A stretch of 64,000 nucleotides of DNA, taken from contig JYFJ02001299.1 of the NCBI GenBank assembly GCA_000934665.2, positions 1 to 64,000 on the forward strand. The letters run 5' to 3'. Below, one piece after another: positions 23,901 to 38,900 of this stretch. The position numbers and the translations under genes were made by a program. The stretch comes from Catajapyx aquilonaris. Taxonomy: Eukaryota. The number at the start of each line of letters is the position of its first letter. The first letter of the stretch is position 1. Under the pieces are notes generated by a model. It worked only from the letters and a program-made list of their open reading frames with translations, was not told the DNA's origin and did no database searches.

Positions 23901-26900
23901 CTGCTTTGATGGTGCCAATCAGCACGCAGATCATATGCCAACATAGCCTTCTTTAAGCAATTAGTAACTGTGGATTCCAACGAAGCGTGATAATCGCGTA
24001 ATTCTGATTAACACTGCCTGTGCATGTATCCCTTCCTTCTAAATTAGGCTTGGTATGTCAGCTATCTGTGAACTCGCTGATAAAAGGAATATTTGATTTT
24101 AGCGCACTGCACTTTTTTGTGCTAAAAAGGGCCTGCAAGCTATATATGGGCGATAAAAATGCTAAAAATTACTAACTGCTTTTGACGAAGTGTCATTTTG
24201 GTTTATGAAATGTTGCGTACAAAATTGCAATGTTTAACTTACCGTAAATGTTGAGCCTGGCCGAGTGAGAAGCTTCACCAGCCCTGTTTTTCGTTGTGCA
24301 CGTGTATTCACCGCCATCTTCTACTTTGACGCTGCTTACGTTGACGTAACTTATCACATCGCCGTGGACAGTCACATACTGTCCAATAACGTATCTGAAA
24401 TCATATTATGAAAAAAATACATTTCACCACACAGTTTTATGCTCACATTTCCGACAATGCTCATAAAAGTAATTGCTGCGGATTAGAAAATTTTATGTCT
24501 GCATGATTTCACGTACTGTAATACCACAAGTAAAGTTCACTGCATATTAAAAACTAATGCCCATTTTGTCCAAAAAAAAATTCAATTCGAGCATTTTCGC
24601 ACCGCAGTCCCAACGGAGAAACCCATTTTCCTGCAACTACTTTCGCTCTGAAACTAGAATGAATAAATCAGTAAGAATCTCTTTCATCCGATAAAGCACT
24701 CCAGTTGCCCCTGTATATATAAACTGATATTCCCAATGAGGCCTGAACAAATTTTCTCTCTCTATCAGTTGATCCTACTTAAAGAGCAACATCCTTCCTG
24801 TACTTCATTGGACTTTTATGATCATTCCCCGTATTGTATCCGCCCCCCCCCCAAAAAAAAAAAAAATTGTTTCAACCTCCTCCATTCTAAAAGGTCACTC
24901 GGGGTTAAGCCACTTCCTGGTGTCTCCTGGGGTGGGGACCAATGGAGGGCTGTTATATATACTTTTTTTTTCGTCTGACTTGGCTCCAGCGATTTATGGG
25001 CGGAAGAAGAGGGAAGAAAGAGGCTGCAATGAAGTGACATGAAAAGCGGCACAGGTTCCATCCCCCTTTAAATAGGACCGGAAGCAAAAAAAAAAAGGAC
25101 TTGGAAACAAGAGGGATTTGTTGGTCTTGTTCTGCAAATTGTTCTTCCACTTCCTTCCGGGCTAACTTTGCCTCGATTTTAATTCGGATGCTTGTTCCCT
25201 CCAAATTGGGGCCATGCATTTGAGATGAACATGGAGAATATTCGGGGATCTGACCATGACGTCGGAGAAAGACCAATTATTAATATTTTGATTTGTTACA
25301 TATGGTTAGAAAGCAAAATGATTTTTTTTTTGCTCCGATAGACTCAATTACCACTATTTCTTTCCGAAACGACCCAAACACATACCCGGCTATCAGGAAA
25401 CGTCGGGTGCAAGTCAGACACGTCCTGTTGTGAAATATCACGTGTCCCAATTTCTGGTACTGGACAGGATCTTTTGACAGAGAACCGACTCCATGTTCGC
25501 CTGGGGAATAAAATATCCTTGCCTCTCCGGGTCCACAATCTTTGTCCCCAGCATCCCTCCTGACATGTAACATCTCCACACAAAAAATAAGATGCTTCAG
25601 GTCAATAATATTGGCAGCCTCAAGCTTCTAGACTTGTGAGTGTCTAATTCTATCTCCTTTAATTCCAGAGACCTATAGAGAAAAGGGGGGGGGGGGAACA
25701 TCTCCCATAAAATTACGCGATCGGTTGCGGCAGAAATCCATCAACGGTTAGCAGCAAGTCTCATTTTCTGCCCCTGGACCAAAAGGGAATATTGACACAC
25801 TTCGTGCCAGCAGAGAGAGAGTCCTCTAGCTTGAATCCGGGATTGGGAAATACGGGACCGGAGAGCTGTTCCGGAGCAGCCATCATCGCACCATCCTCTT
25901 TAGAGAGATGTTCAACTACCGCAAAATCCCTCGTTTCAACCAGCTATAAGAGGACAGGATCGAAACTGATATTCTGATTTTTCTAGACACCTTGTAGGCA
26001 TATCCGCTGATGTCAATGTTCCGATAATTTCAGCCCAGTCTACAGACACTAATCCGAAATTTCATAAATAGTTATGAGGCGTAACTAGTAGCAGTTTGAT
26101 CTTTGGATGCATGAAGCCAACCTTTAATGAGGACGGGTCGAAAAACAGTGCGTATCTTTTAATTATGCTGCAGGGGCTGCAATAAGGGGTTAATTAATTA
26201 ACTTCAGCTAATCCGAGCGGTCTCTTATTGAAAAATGAAGGGGGTTTTGGGCGTCATAATTACCATCGTCATTAGCCAATATAAAAAAAAGCCGGGCGCG
26301 ATGGAACTCCTTGCCCCTGATGAAGCTGACAGGCGACCAATCAGTACACGCTTCGGTTGGATTACCCGCTTTTTCAACTGCTCTATTGATCTGTATTGGT
26401 TTCCGAAAACCGGTGGAGTAATAGTGCACACTCATGGACACTGATACAATGTCACACTTTATCAAGTGGCTCCACTGCAGTATACTGCAACCTTGTTTGC
26501 TCAGATTTGCCCGGTAGTTATAGGCCATGGGATGGTCTTTAACATTAAGTAGATACTAGTGAACCAATTGTCATTTGGCAAAACATGCAATCAGCATGAC
26601 AGTGGCAGTTAACTGTAATGAGAACCATCCGATTTACCACGTAGTAATTTTTTTCACGCATAGATGGCGCTCACTCCCTCTGCACACTCCTGCCACCTTC
26701 AGGTCGTGTGTGTGTGTGTGTGTGTCAGGTCAGACAAATATCCGACGGAGAGAATAAGCTTATCTTGGGCTAGTTCAAGGCTACGTTTCATCCTGGCAGA
26801 CAGCTAACCTACAAGCCTCTCTTGGACACCGGGTTGCCATACAACCAGGCGTGCAGAAGTTTCCTAATCAAAGTTTAACCCCCTTTGAATCCACCTGGAC

Positions 26901-29900
26901 CAGAGTCTGAAGCAAAGCTATTGACATCCGCCTTCTTTATTTTATCCGGGCGAGAAAGCAAACCCGGATTTGGGAGCCAGACCGTGTGTGGCAGGCCAGG
27001 GTGTGAGACCTCCTTTCATAGGAGGGAATGCATTCCGGAGCTCCCTTCGGCTGGCATGGGATTAGCAATATTGCACACACAGAGAGAGAGAGGAAGGGTT
27101 GGCGAAAATCCGGGTCCTGGTGGGCTCGACTCCAACGGCTTCCTGTGGTCTCAGGCCATAAGGAATGTTGACTGGCCGTGTAATTCAAGGAGGCTATTTA
27201 CGATAGGGGGGGCCCCTGTGACCGGGGGCTAGCCCTACTGAAATGGGGCCCTGAGGTGAGCTGGGGGCAGAAGCTTTTCAAATAGGCCCAGCAGGGGGAA
27301 CAGCCCAGAATGGTTGGAGGCTGCTTATCTTTTGCACGTAAGAGTATAACCCCCCCTCACAGAAGTTTAGCACACACACCGACCTGTGCTGGGCTCTTCT
27401 CACGCCGTTCTATCTCACTGATTTTAGCAATTTTGTTGCAAAGGTGGCCTGATTCATGGAGGCCAGGATGGTGCTGGCAAAGTATTCAATATGAGCTGTT
27501 TGGTCCTTTGAAACAGGACTTGCTCAAAATTAGTTTAAAACAAGGCGGCTGTGTTGACGAATTTTCTTTACAAGCCCGCGACTCGTTTGAAGCCACTTTT
27601 AACCCGATTTTTCGCGAACAAAATTTAAGTAAACGCCTTCAAAAAAAATGAACACATCTCTTCAAAACAAAACAAAAAAAAAAAACGTGCCACTCCCCAT
27701 TACTTAAAAAAATCGTGCTGTCACATCCAACCCGTAACAATGAAACGCACGGATTTGCAGCCTAGACAACGCGAGGCATTAGGAGAGATTAAGGTCCAAA
27801 TGAAAGAATTATGAGATCGTATGCAGGAAATTCCGGTTGGAAAATCAATAATCACCACTCTCTACCCCCCCCCCCTCCCCCTTTTCACATTCCTCCCATC
27901 AATAAATCACTGATGGTGGGACCCGCGTGTTAAAATCAGTTCGGCTGAAGCTTCGGTCCGACTCGTTATGCCCAGGAATTATTAATAGCCACCCAACAGA
28001 AATATCGGGCCGTTCACGCCAAAAAAAGCCCCGGCACTTCGAATGACGTCGAGTGTAAGAATACAAATCAAGTTAATAGCCCGGGCACACTATTCCCACC
28101 CCACCGATCCAATCCATATTTAAGTGAGCAAAACGCTCCAGATCCCAATCGAAAAGTAACAGACTGATACTGTCAATCTGCGAATTTTTTTTAGTGCGAA
28201 TTGAACCAAGTCACGTCACAGCCACGTGTTGCAGGTCTGCTAAAAAAATTGGCGGAGCATTTTCTTAGTAGATATTGAATTTCCTGGATGGAACAATAAT
28301 TAAAGATGAACCTTACCTTCCATAATCCGGAAGAGGAAAGCCGTCTAAAGCCCACGTGATCTGCGGAGTCGGATTTCCGGCTGCGCTGCATTTGAGCGAA
28401 ACCGCAGGACCTGGTTGCATTGTCTGCTCGATGAACGTGTACAGTAGACTTGGGTATGTATCTGCCGGAAATATGAGAAGAAAACAACGGTTTTGACTAA
28501 TTTGACTCGATAGTAACAAGGATATTTTGCGCGCAAGGGAAAATGCGACGACCTAGAGATTAGTGTTTGAAATGAATCCTCAATTCCTGTTCCTTTTCAT
28601 CCCTCATTTAGCTTATAATGAAGTTTCGACTTGGAAAGCCCGAAATAAATCCGCTTTGGTCGCCCCCCGGAATTTCGCAAATTATTGAGTTCGAAAGCCC
28701 TGCTTGCATTTTGGACGTGCGGAAAGCTGGCTTCGGATATAATTTGTTAATCTATGCAGTTGCATCAACATGTTTCCCTGTATTGTAATAGTTAATAGCG
28801 GAATTATAACAGATCAGCCAACTTCTGTTTATAGGAAAATAAAGCCACAATGAGATTTTGAACATATTCAATTATAGTCTACAGACGACGAAAATTTGGC
28901 TAGGCTTTCTTATCGGGAGACCCTGCACTTTTACCTACTCTCCTAGGTATGTATCCGCTGAAGGAGTGTATCCGCTGGGAAGGAAGCTTAGTGCTGTGTG
29001 CCCCTACCTCTTCCACATTCGGTCTCCCATTACGAAAGTCCTTCCGAAAATTTTACCATGGCATCAGCAGCCAGTGAATGTGCACATTGTTGCTTCCAAG
29101 TATACTCCAACACAATACGACGATATCAGCAACCCAAAATTCTTCTCGTGCTTGCTGATGGCATAATAAATCTTCAGTACCGTGCTGTCAAATAGACACA
29201 AAAGAGGTGTGTTGCATTTGCACCCGAAACATCTGCCATTCTCTCGAATATATCATACCGCAGATAGCATATCCCACATCTCCCGCCTCCATTACAAATT
29301 TCAACCTCGCATTAATGTACTGTTCGTACGGATTACGACACGTCACTCTACAATATTTTTTTTTCTACAACGCTTCCCGCCCCCAATATGTATCGAGTTC
29401 TGGAAGCGCCCGGCATTATCCTCAAAGCGCTTACAGTACTTGCTGTTTGTTAATGGAAGCCCCATCGTTCCCAAAAGGGGTTTGTGATGCTGTCCGGAGT
29501 ATAACAATGTGTATAAAAAAACACACGGAGAGTACGGTGCGTGGGACAAGCTCTGAAAATTTTCTGGGGACCTCCCGTAAATGAAAAGTTACGTCTGTGT
29601 AATGCGGAGTGTTTTGTGGCATCCCTGCGGAAGTGTTGTTCAGGCCAGATTGCAATCCGGGGTTGCATCTAACTCTCCGGAATGGAAAAAGGGCGGGGCT
29701 TCCAACCCCCTCCAAAAAAAACATCCGGGAGTTGAAGAAAAAGAGAGTGAGAATCCGGGAAGTCTATTTTGTGTGTTACATCTCCCCCTGTAATACGGTG
29801 GCACTTAGGAGATGAGGGGGGCCTCTTTTCTGTTTTTCGGCCGCTGAGATAGAATCCGGGGAGTTCCTGGAGGGGAGGTCAAATTGAGACAAATCATTGC

Positions 29901-32900
29901 GGCGGGAATTGCGCTGGTGTGTTTTTCCTTACAGTACGACCGACCTGGAGAATAACACTTGCAGGATCATGGAGCGTAAATGGTTGGGGAGAAAAAAAAC
30001 AAGCTAGGTAGGGATATAGTTGAAAATAAGTAGAAAAAGTGCTGAAAATAATTTAGATCGCATAGTGATGAAAAATGTGCTTCCTGATATACAAGTCATA
30101 AAGGCGACGTCTTTCTGTGGTTGATAAATGTGGGAAGACACCCAATAATTGATTCATCCTCTACAATGTGAGCCATAATGTCTTACCTCCAAGTTTGAGC
30201 TCAGCAGCTGCCTGGGCTGTCTCGTACTCGTTCTTGACATAACACTGGTACATCCCTTTGTCCTCTCTCTGCAAGTGACTGATATGTAGCCTGTTGTGTC
30301 CGATCAGCCTGAGTCTGACCCTGGGATTGAGCAACTTGGCATCTTTGTACCAGGACACTGCCACGTTCGGGTCGTCCCCTGTTGAGCATAGGAACTCGGC
30401 GCTGTTGCCAAGGTCCACCACCTGCAGTGCGGGACTCAGCTGGACACTCAAGGGACCGGACACCACCAGTCGGATCTCCTTGTTCACCTCTCCCTTGCTG
30501 TTGCTCACTGCACAACGGTACGTCCCAGCATCTTCTATCCGGGAGCTTTCCACCACCAGAGATCCGCCTACCTGATATTTTAAAAAAACCAGGCAATGTG
30601 TACATGATCTGTGGCACACAAAGGGACAATCCTATAAAATAAATAGGGCACACAGATGGTTTGAATTTTTGGCTGATGATACAGAATCATCAATGCCGTC
30701 AACAAATGGGGCTGAATATTCAATATGACGCTCTGCCAAAATGGGCTTTGAATTTATAGGCTGGCAAATTCACAATAATTTACTTCCATGCTTCAAATGA
30801 TTATCATATGTGTTAAAGCTCCGAATTCAAATCGGCAAAAGAGCTAAAATTGGCTAATTTTAAAACCATCTATCAATATCCTGCTAACGAGCATTAGTCC
30901 TCCAATAAGCCTGCTGGTAGAGAGAAGTCGGGAGCTATAGTCTCTTATCTGTCGGCACAGCAGACTACACCGAGACGGTGATATGGCCGGGGAAGTTATA
31001 GCACAGGCGACATCGGTTCAAGGTTCCCTGGGACAGATTGTCTCGCAGCTTAAACACTGTCACCATACACGGCCGATTACAACGGCTCGGTGGTTATCAA
31101 AGAGCTTCGCGGGTCACAAGGTGTTTCCAATTTTACACCACACTACGGCATCAACTAGGTAACCAAACATTGTCAATTTGTGATTGACACACGTGTAATT
31201 GCACGTACCTGAAAAACTCGTGATCCGAACTGAACCAGTAGCCACTGATGATTTTCAAGTCGAAGCCAATTGTATGTCGGAGGCGGAGATCCATCTGCAG
31301 CACATGGAAGTATAGCGCTGTCTCCAGAAGTAGCATGAACCACGCTGGTTTGGTCCAGCATAAACGGACCTGTAGGACGTTTTGGTTCTGCAAAGAAAAA
31401 GAAATATGCAAAAAAAGCTGGCATCAAAAAATATAAAGCAAAGTAACTGCCTTCTTTCCTCTTTTTAAGAATTCAACAGAGCTAAAGGTCGGAAGCAAAA
31501 TGACGGAAGTTGGTAAAACTTACTGGGGGCCATTTCTGGGCCTGAATAATGGCCTGGGAGGTTTGGCCTCGCCGGAAAAGCCCATCAGAACGATTGTCGA
31601 GTTTCTACACGACTTGGGAAGGAATAAGTCTTCCCAAGCTCTTAATGACAACAGTTTACATTCTGCGGAACTTGAAGGCGGTGCCTACCCGCGCAATAAA
31701 CTCAAACTAGAAAAAAAAAGTTGGGAGGAGTCTATTGAGAATTCATACAGGTTTCCCATACATCAATGGGTTTGTCCCTCTTTAAAAAAAAAGAGAGCTC
31801 CTATCTTGAAACAACACATCAATAGGAAAATGAGAGCAAGCAGCGCTTGTATATTCGGGCTCGCATTTGTCCCCTTTGGCTCTTGTCCGGGGAACAAAAC
31901 AACAAAGGGATTAGGATACGTGTCCTAAATAATAAACACATGGCGGATTGCAGTGTTACTGCGGGGCCTGGACCATTTACACAGCAGCGCGCTAAATAAT
32001 TCGGTGGGTTCGGATAAAAGAGGTCCCCTTTACCATTTCTCTCTCTGTGTGTCTGGTCCGCTCTCTCTGGAGCTCTCTAGGCCCGATCTAGCCAGACTAA
32101 TAAATCCAAGTGGCATCTAGGCACTCTTGATAAGGTGTGCGGTGGAGTCTGAAGTTGGCCTGCGACGGATGAATCCTCACATCTGGCGGTTTCCCAGCCT
32201 CCGACACAGCCCCCGCTAGACAGCCGCCATTTGTCACCTGGCTACCCTGACGGAAAGCCTCACCCCAGCTCTTGATCTGGCCAGTCTGCCCAACCATCAC
32301 AACACGCGTTCACTAAAATTTTGGCGCTCCAAATAGCACAAAAAAATAATTGTAACTAACTAGTACACAGAGTGATGAGCTATGTGGTTGAGACGATCAC
32401 GTCGGGCTGTAGATCATGAGGGGTGCCAGAAAATGTATTTCATTTCTATGTTTGATAAGCCTGATTCGATGTAAATCAATTTGGGGGTACTCTCCACCAG
32501 ATCTGGTCCAGCCGACAGTATTTATGGATTTCCGGCCGGACGAGCAATCATTTACACTGCCGGAGCATTTTAGCACTTGTGTGATAAACTATTATTAGTA
32601 TCATGAAGCGGGACTATCAGTTTGAAATATTTGTCACATATATGCCCCTGTCTGCTAATGGAGTCCTGAAGGACTGCATTGCCATTACAAAATATTATCA
32701 TGTAGGTGTACCTATATAATAAGGATGTTTTAAGCCACTTCGTTTGATCCTTCCATTTAAAGAATTTTTGTAGTGATTGCAACCGGAGGGAGAGAGCTTT
32801 CCGAACAACTCAGGTTGCACATTTGTGACATTGTAAGCAGCAAGTGATGCGTAAAATGTGGCAAGCAAGTGTCACGCAAGCAGAAGGAAAATACCGAACG

Positions 32901-35900
32901 AACAGCCGTTATCGTCATTCGAACTGATGTTAAGAGAAAAAATCGAGAAGAAAAGTGGCTTTCCTTCAAAAATGTATGTGTATTTTAAACAGTGCACTGC
33001 TTCATTTGATCTTTATTCTGTAAATTCATAACAGCCATAATGATTTATATTACCGTACCAGCAGTGTGCAAAATTGCTCATCAATATGTGTCAGAAATCA
33101 ATATTGTAACACTTTCAGGGAATTTTTCAGCAATTTCTGGATGTTCTGACAAAATATGTCGGAAATTATTTTGTAACATTATTTGGAAATAGGACAGACT
33201 AAAACACGATAGGCTTCGAGATAACCACAGCCATATAGTGAAGATGAAGATTACTTTTACAGTATATAAATATGTTCGTAATTGAAACATGACATACAGT
33301 GGTGTATTGTTACAGTCACAAGAGCAGGCAGGTCCCTATAAGGTTTCCCATTATTAAATGAAGACATCAACAAGCGTAACTAATATTGTTACCTCGAAGC
33401 CATACAAAAGAAAGTTACACAACAAAGTAACTTAGAGAACAGGCCTAAATAACTTCGTTGAAAAGCAAGCCTTAGTCACTCCTTAGTATACACGCTCATT
33501 CTAATAATGTACCTTTATTATCCAGCTTGGCATGCTCCTGACGTGAGGCCCTATTTATAATTTATAATACCCAAGCATGAACCCCTCCCCCCCTTCCAAC
33601 ACTCCTTTTTGGTCGCGAAAGCCTCCGACCATATAAATTCCTGTAAAGCTCCCCCGCACATTTTCTTGTCTTCCTCCGCTTCGAATCCTCTTCCTCAGAG
33701 TCAAAATAAAAGCGAGACCTTAGCATTTCGTCAGGATGTATTTGTATACATCTCCCTAGACCCGAAAATCCATCCTCGTTTCCATTTCAACTCACACCCC
33801 GGACACGTACAGCACCGCCGGAGATACTTTAATGCACCGTATTTTTTTCCCCCCTTCCTTTCCTTCTTTTCCATTAATACATTTTGACTAGGGAGTTAAG
33901 GAGGTCTAGCGCAGTTTCCGAAACGAATGGAGAAGGGGAAGGTAGTTGACATCGAAACACGGGGGGCTTTTTTCATGTCAGTCAAAGCCAATCCTATACC
34001 TGAGTTCTCCTCTGAATGCAAAATGAGGTCTCAAGTCGTTTGGAAGTCGGATAGAGAATAAAGAAAGGAACGATTTCCAGATATTTCCAGGAGCATTTCT
34101 GCCACATGTCCACGTGAATAAAAAAGGGGGTACAGAATTATTTACCTTCGACAAGGACGGTGACTGGAGGGCTGACCACTTCTTCGCCTGTCAGACGATG
34201 GATTGTACGGCATCTGTAGCTTATGTAGCTGTCGCTCAAGTCCACATTCAGGATGTGAAGCTCCCCAGAAACGTGCATGTGGAATTTGCCATCTGGAAAA
34301 AAATGAGCAAGAATTTATATGAAACATTGTTGATGTAACAGCCACCATACATCAAATCGTGACCTCGTCTGGGCTTAATATCGAACGGCATTAATGCATA
34401 TGAAAGCAGCCTGAAGAAAGTTTGCATAACTCGCACGTGGAAGACTGAATGCTCCTAACGGTGCAGACTTTTTTCCCCATCCGGATTCAGAGAAACGCGT
34501 TCCTGCTGATCAACACCTGAAACGTGGCACGGATTTCCCAATCCTCAGGCTCTGAAAGACCTTCTGATTGGAAGCTTCCGTCCTACCAAAAAAAAAAGAA
34601 AATCAGGACCTTTCAATTTTTGCACCTCACCACTTCCTGAAATATTTCCACCTGTTGGCAACACTGCCCCGAAGGCGCCCCTTTTCTCCAGCGGTGTCGA
34701 CAATCAAATCTGCATCGATCTGGTTCCCTTCCTTCCAAGACCCTTAATGGCGTGTCGACATAGTTTCTCTTCGACATATATATAAAAAAAGCACCTCTTC
34801 ATTCAAATGGCCCACCACCATTTTAGGCTTTTTTTTTAAAAAAAAAAAAATGTGCTCCAATCTTTGTATGAACGCGACTCGGGCGCCGTTTAGCGATGCA
34901 AAATCACATTTGCACATGTCGTTTTCCAAAACCTCGTTGTCATTTGTAACTGGCTCCCCCCACCATTACGAGCCTTCCATGTCGTTGCCAACACTCACGT
35001 ATTAGTTTCGAAGCTGGGCGTTGTTTTGCGTTTCATTACAGTAATACGGTATCCTGTTATAGGGAAGTGGGAGAGGAGGGAGGGGGGGGGGTGAAAATCG
35101 GTTAAAAAGTCAACGTGTTTCGGGTTATGTACTTTTAACTTAATATCGCGGGGGGGATCTGTTAAAGTTGATGGCGTTTGCAGTGCAATTTCAAACCTCG
35201 CGTTTTTTTTTTCATTAGGGAAGCGACGAGTTCGGACATTTCATTGTGACATTTTTGTACTTTTTTTAAAATCTTGGGTCCAATCACTCTGGCTGCAGAT
35301 TTTTTTTGGGGTGGGGAGAAAAAAAAGCGTGTTTGCGGACCGGATTATGTTTCAGCAACCTGTTGGTTTCGGTTTGCGAAACCGGAAACCGCGAGCATAT
35401 AAAGAGGGTAGCGGATAAATCATTTGCAATCGGTTACGGTATACTAAATATCGACAAATCCAAATGTTATCACAGTGGAATAACCTGCAAACATTGCTAT
35501 ACTGACGAATCGATGCACGGAACTTTGAAGGGAATTATAACCAAAACATAATCATTCTCAAAAGTATTATTATAGGGTAATATCAAGCTGTGAAAGTCCA
35601 ATGCAAACTGTGGACAATAAGCAAACCGAATGAAACTATTTTTGGGCAGAACCATGACCTGTTTATGTCACACAGGTACACTGTACCATTATGAATGTCA
35701 TAAAATTGTGGTAGTAAAAGTACTGCTCTTACGAATTACTGCGTCAATTTCGACAACTACATGGTGTCATTTAATGTACAGCAGTGTTATTACACTATGC
35801 AATCACATGTCAAAAAGCGTAGCCCCATTTCCGTGCTGAGAGCAGAATAATTTTGAAATATAATTCAAATTAGTAGACACTTTAAATGCTTCCGACTCTA

Positions 35901-38900
35901 GTACAGCAAGTAATTCCTCTCTTTTAACATGTACCTATCTGCAACAATGGCCAATTTCGGGAAAAAATGCACCTACTCTGTGATGCAAATTTCGCAAAGG
36001 TTTGCTTTAGTATGTTAGTGGCTGTGTATCGAAGCAAATATTACTTCAATCTACAGCACAAATTTTGTTATAAAAATTGTCAAGGAATATTTCCCAGAGA
36101 ATAGACTTTCTCCGCCAACGCACCACATAAATCCAATCTCGTGGCTACACTAACACCAAAAGCGCATCGTATGTACTTAAAAGCGTATAGCCTACAATTG
36201 TGGTATTTGACAGGCCAGTTTCAGGTAAATGAGCGGCAGAAATTACTAGTCACGCTGATCAACATCAAATTACGCTTCGCATGCCAAAAGTGCTCTGTTA
36301 GCAGTACTATAAATAATGCAACCCATCGGAGGTTATGCAGGTGTAATTAAATTATGTAGCACACAGCACGCAACTATTCATTAGCCAAATAAGCTAATGC
36401 TGATGGCCGTAAAATAAACACTGCTTAGAAAACCGATTCATTTGTAGTACCTTGTTTTATATATACAATAGACGCATGATAACGAACTATAGCTCATAAC
36501 CCTGAGCAACTCTCATAACCCTGTCCCCTGGAATCCATCAAGGTGTCTGATGTTATTATTCATATCAGCACCATCATCCAAGTAAGTGCTCTCCATTCAC
36601 TTTCCCTTACTCGCAGCCCTTGAAAGTCTTATACTCCAGGCCTCTACATGTCGGGACTTTCCCCGGAGGCATCCGGAGCCAATAAGCATCTGGCTGGAAT
36701 GAGACGGGGAAAGCCATTTCCAGTCGGCAGCCCAGAGGGACTGACTCCATGGCCTCCTACCCACCCCACAGCCTCCACCTCTTTCCCCTCCGAACTGACC
36801 GCAACTCCGGAACACGAGCCTTCTTATTACTCCGGGGCCAGACACTGATTTACTTAGTGGGCCAGGTCGGAGAGGCGCTGGGAGTCCTCCGTGGATGGGC
36901 CGGAGGGACATGCCAACCCAAATCGATAGTGTCAAAGAAGACAGTGCGACACGGGCTCTTGTTCGGCTGTCATACGCAGCTTTTCTAGAGATGCGTAGGA
37001 TGGGTTTGTATAAAAGGAAAGGGTGACAATGGAAATGGGGTTGTTGTGCAGGGAGGCGGTTGAGAGTTGAACAATGGTATGCTAATAGCTGTTTGCTTCT
37101 TTTTTGTACAAGCCGTGTACTTGTCATTCACGCATATAGTGAAGATGTTATACTTCATAAAAATTTGTGAAAGTTAGGTTAGATTTTGAAACCACAACTT
37201 ATTACAATTTTGGCAAATATGGTGGGAGAGGTTTGTTTGCACTATTGAATGTTTAATAGTGCAATTACCGTGTGTAACTTACTTCAGGGCAGCAATAGCT
37301 GCTAGACATCAAAACATTAATTATTCCCAATACGTAGCCAATCGAGGGTTTAAAAATATTGACTGGAATTTTCGTTCCACTGCTAGTTATTATTGCTAAC
37401 TGTACCAGGCAATGGTGCTGGAGGCTAAGTGGGACGAAAATTCCACCCATTGTTGCTCAACAGTCAGGATAAATAATTTATCCTGACTGTTGAGCAACAA
37501 TGGGTGGAATTTTAATGTCTCGATGAAGATGATGCCATAATTATTATGGCATCATCTTCATCGAGACATTAAAATAGATCTTACTATATGACGCATTACA
37601 TAGAAGGATATCTTCTGCCTGCACTGTCTTCTCGATTTACCTTGTGTATGAAGCCTGACTGAACAGGGATATTATGCAGTATGAACCGAATGCATGACGG
37701 TGCATATCAAGACAAAACGATAATGCACCGTTGCTCATTAAGACCTGACTCGATACAGTAATGTTTCCGCCATATGTGCTGTACGTGCAGTTTAGGCCAA
37801 GCACGGAACTTCCTCCAGGCCTACAGTGAAGCCCCGTTCAGTTCCAGAACGACTGCAGGGCGCAAAAACTTACAGTACAGTGCACCTAAAAAGTTACAGT
37901 AATCGCGTTTTCCTGAAGCAATAACTGAGATTCGTGTCTGATTCAAGAAACAACTTTGTTTCACTGCCTCAACCTGCTTCTACCTGTATTTCATAATTAT
38001 ACAGAAATATTTTGCTTTCAATTATTGGCAAACTTCAAAGAACATATCAAATAAGTAAATTACGCTCATATTTTGCCTTGATATTCAGCAAATAAAAATC
38101 TGGAAAGGTTTCAATTTCTTCACAGTCTGAGAATCAACTCTCCATAAAAGGCAGGCTAATATGTGACAGGTCCAATTTTTTATCGACATTCAACAGCCTT
38201 ACAAGTTCATAGTATAGTTCGTATTCCGCGAGTTTTGACATCAACAAAAATGCGAAGCCAAACGTTAAAGCTGTCAAGTCAGACAATGTCGTCAAATCGA
38301 AATGGCATGCCGAACAGAAAAATCACCTGATCCAAACAAGCAAGGTCTCTCTTTCTCTTTATATATATTTTTTCCTCTACTTCCACGTCTCAGTGCCAAC
38401 AGGATAGAACCCAAGTGGTTAGGACAGGATCGGTCTTTGTGAAACGCGAAGTGAAACGAGACCCGTGCCAACTCCGGTTACACTAGATTGGTTCCCGTCG
38501 TGACGCAGATCGCCAAAAGGATGAAGAACAAGAGGATGAAATACGTCAGGTATTAATTCAACTGGAAGCCAAGAAATGGTCCTATATATAGTCCTTATAG
38601 TCTTCTAGAAAAAGTCACATTTTTATAACCAATCCGATAAGGTCAGCGTACAGTATTAATATATTAATTATACGCAAAGCAGGCAAAAACTTCCTGTGCA
38701 GTGACAAATTAATTACATGTTTCATTAACTTCATTAATAAAGCGAACCATGCCGCTTTGCAAATAAACGTCCGGTGCATTTAACACACAAATTGACCAAA
38801 TGAATATTTTAGCACCCGCTTCTGTGAGTTGCTTTTTATGCCCGTTTTTTGTATAAAAAAAACTGTCCAGGTTCTGACGCCATAGGTCTGTAAATATTCC

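Noticed and set aside
36597..37127. 176-aa ORF in a locally GC-rich patch
   Set aside because: No recognisable family motif or splice-consistent link to neighbouring genes. It could be a decayed TE fragment, but I cannot support that.
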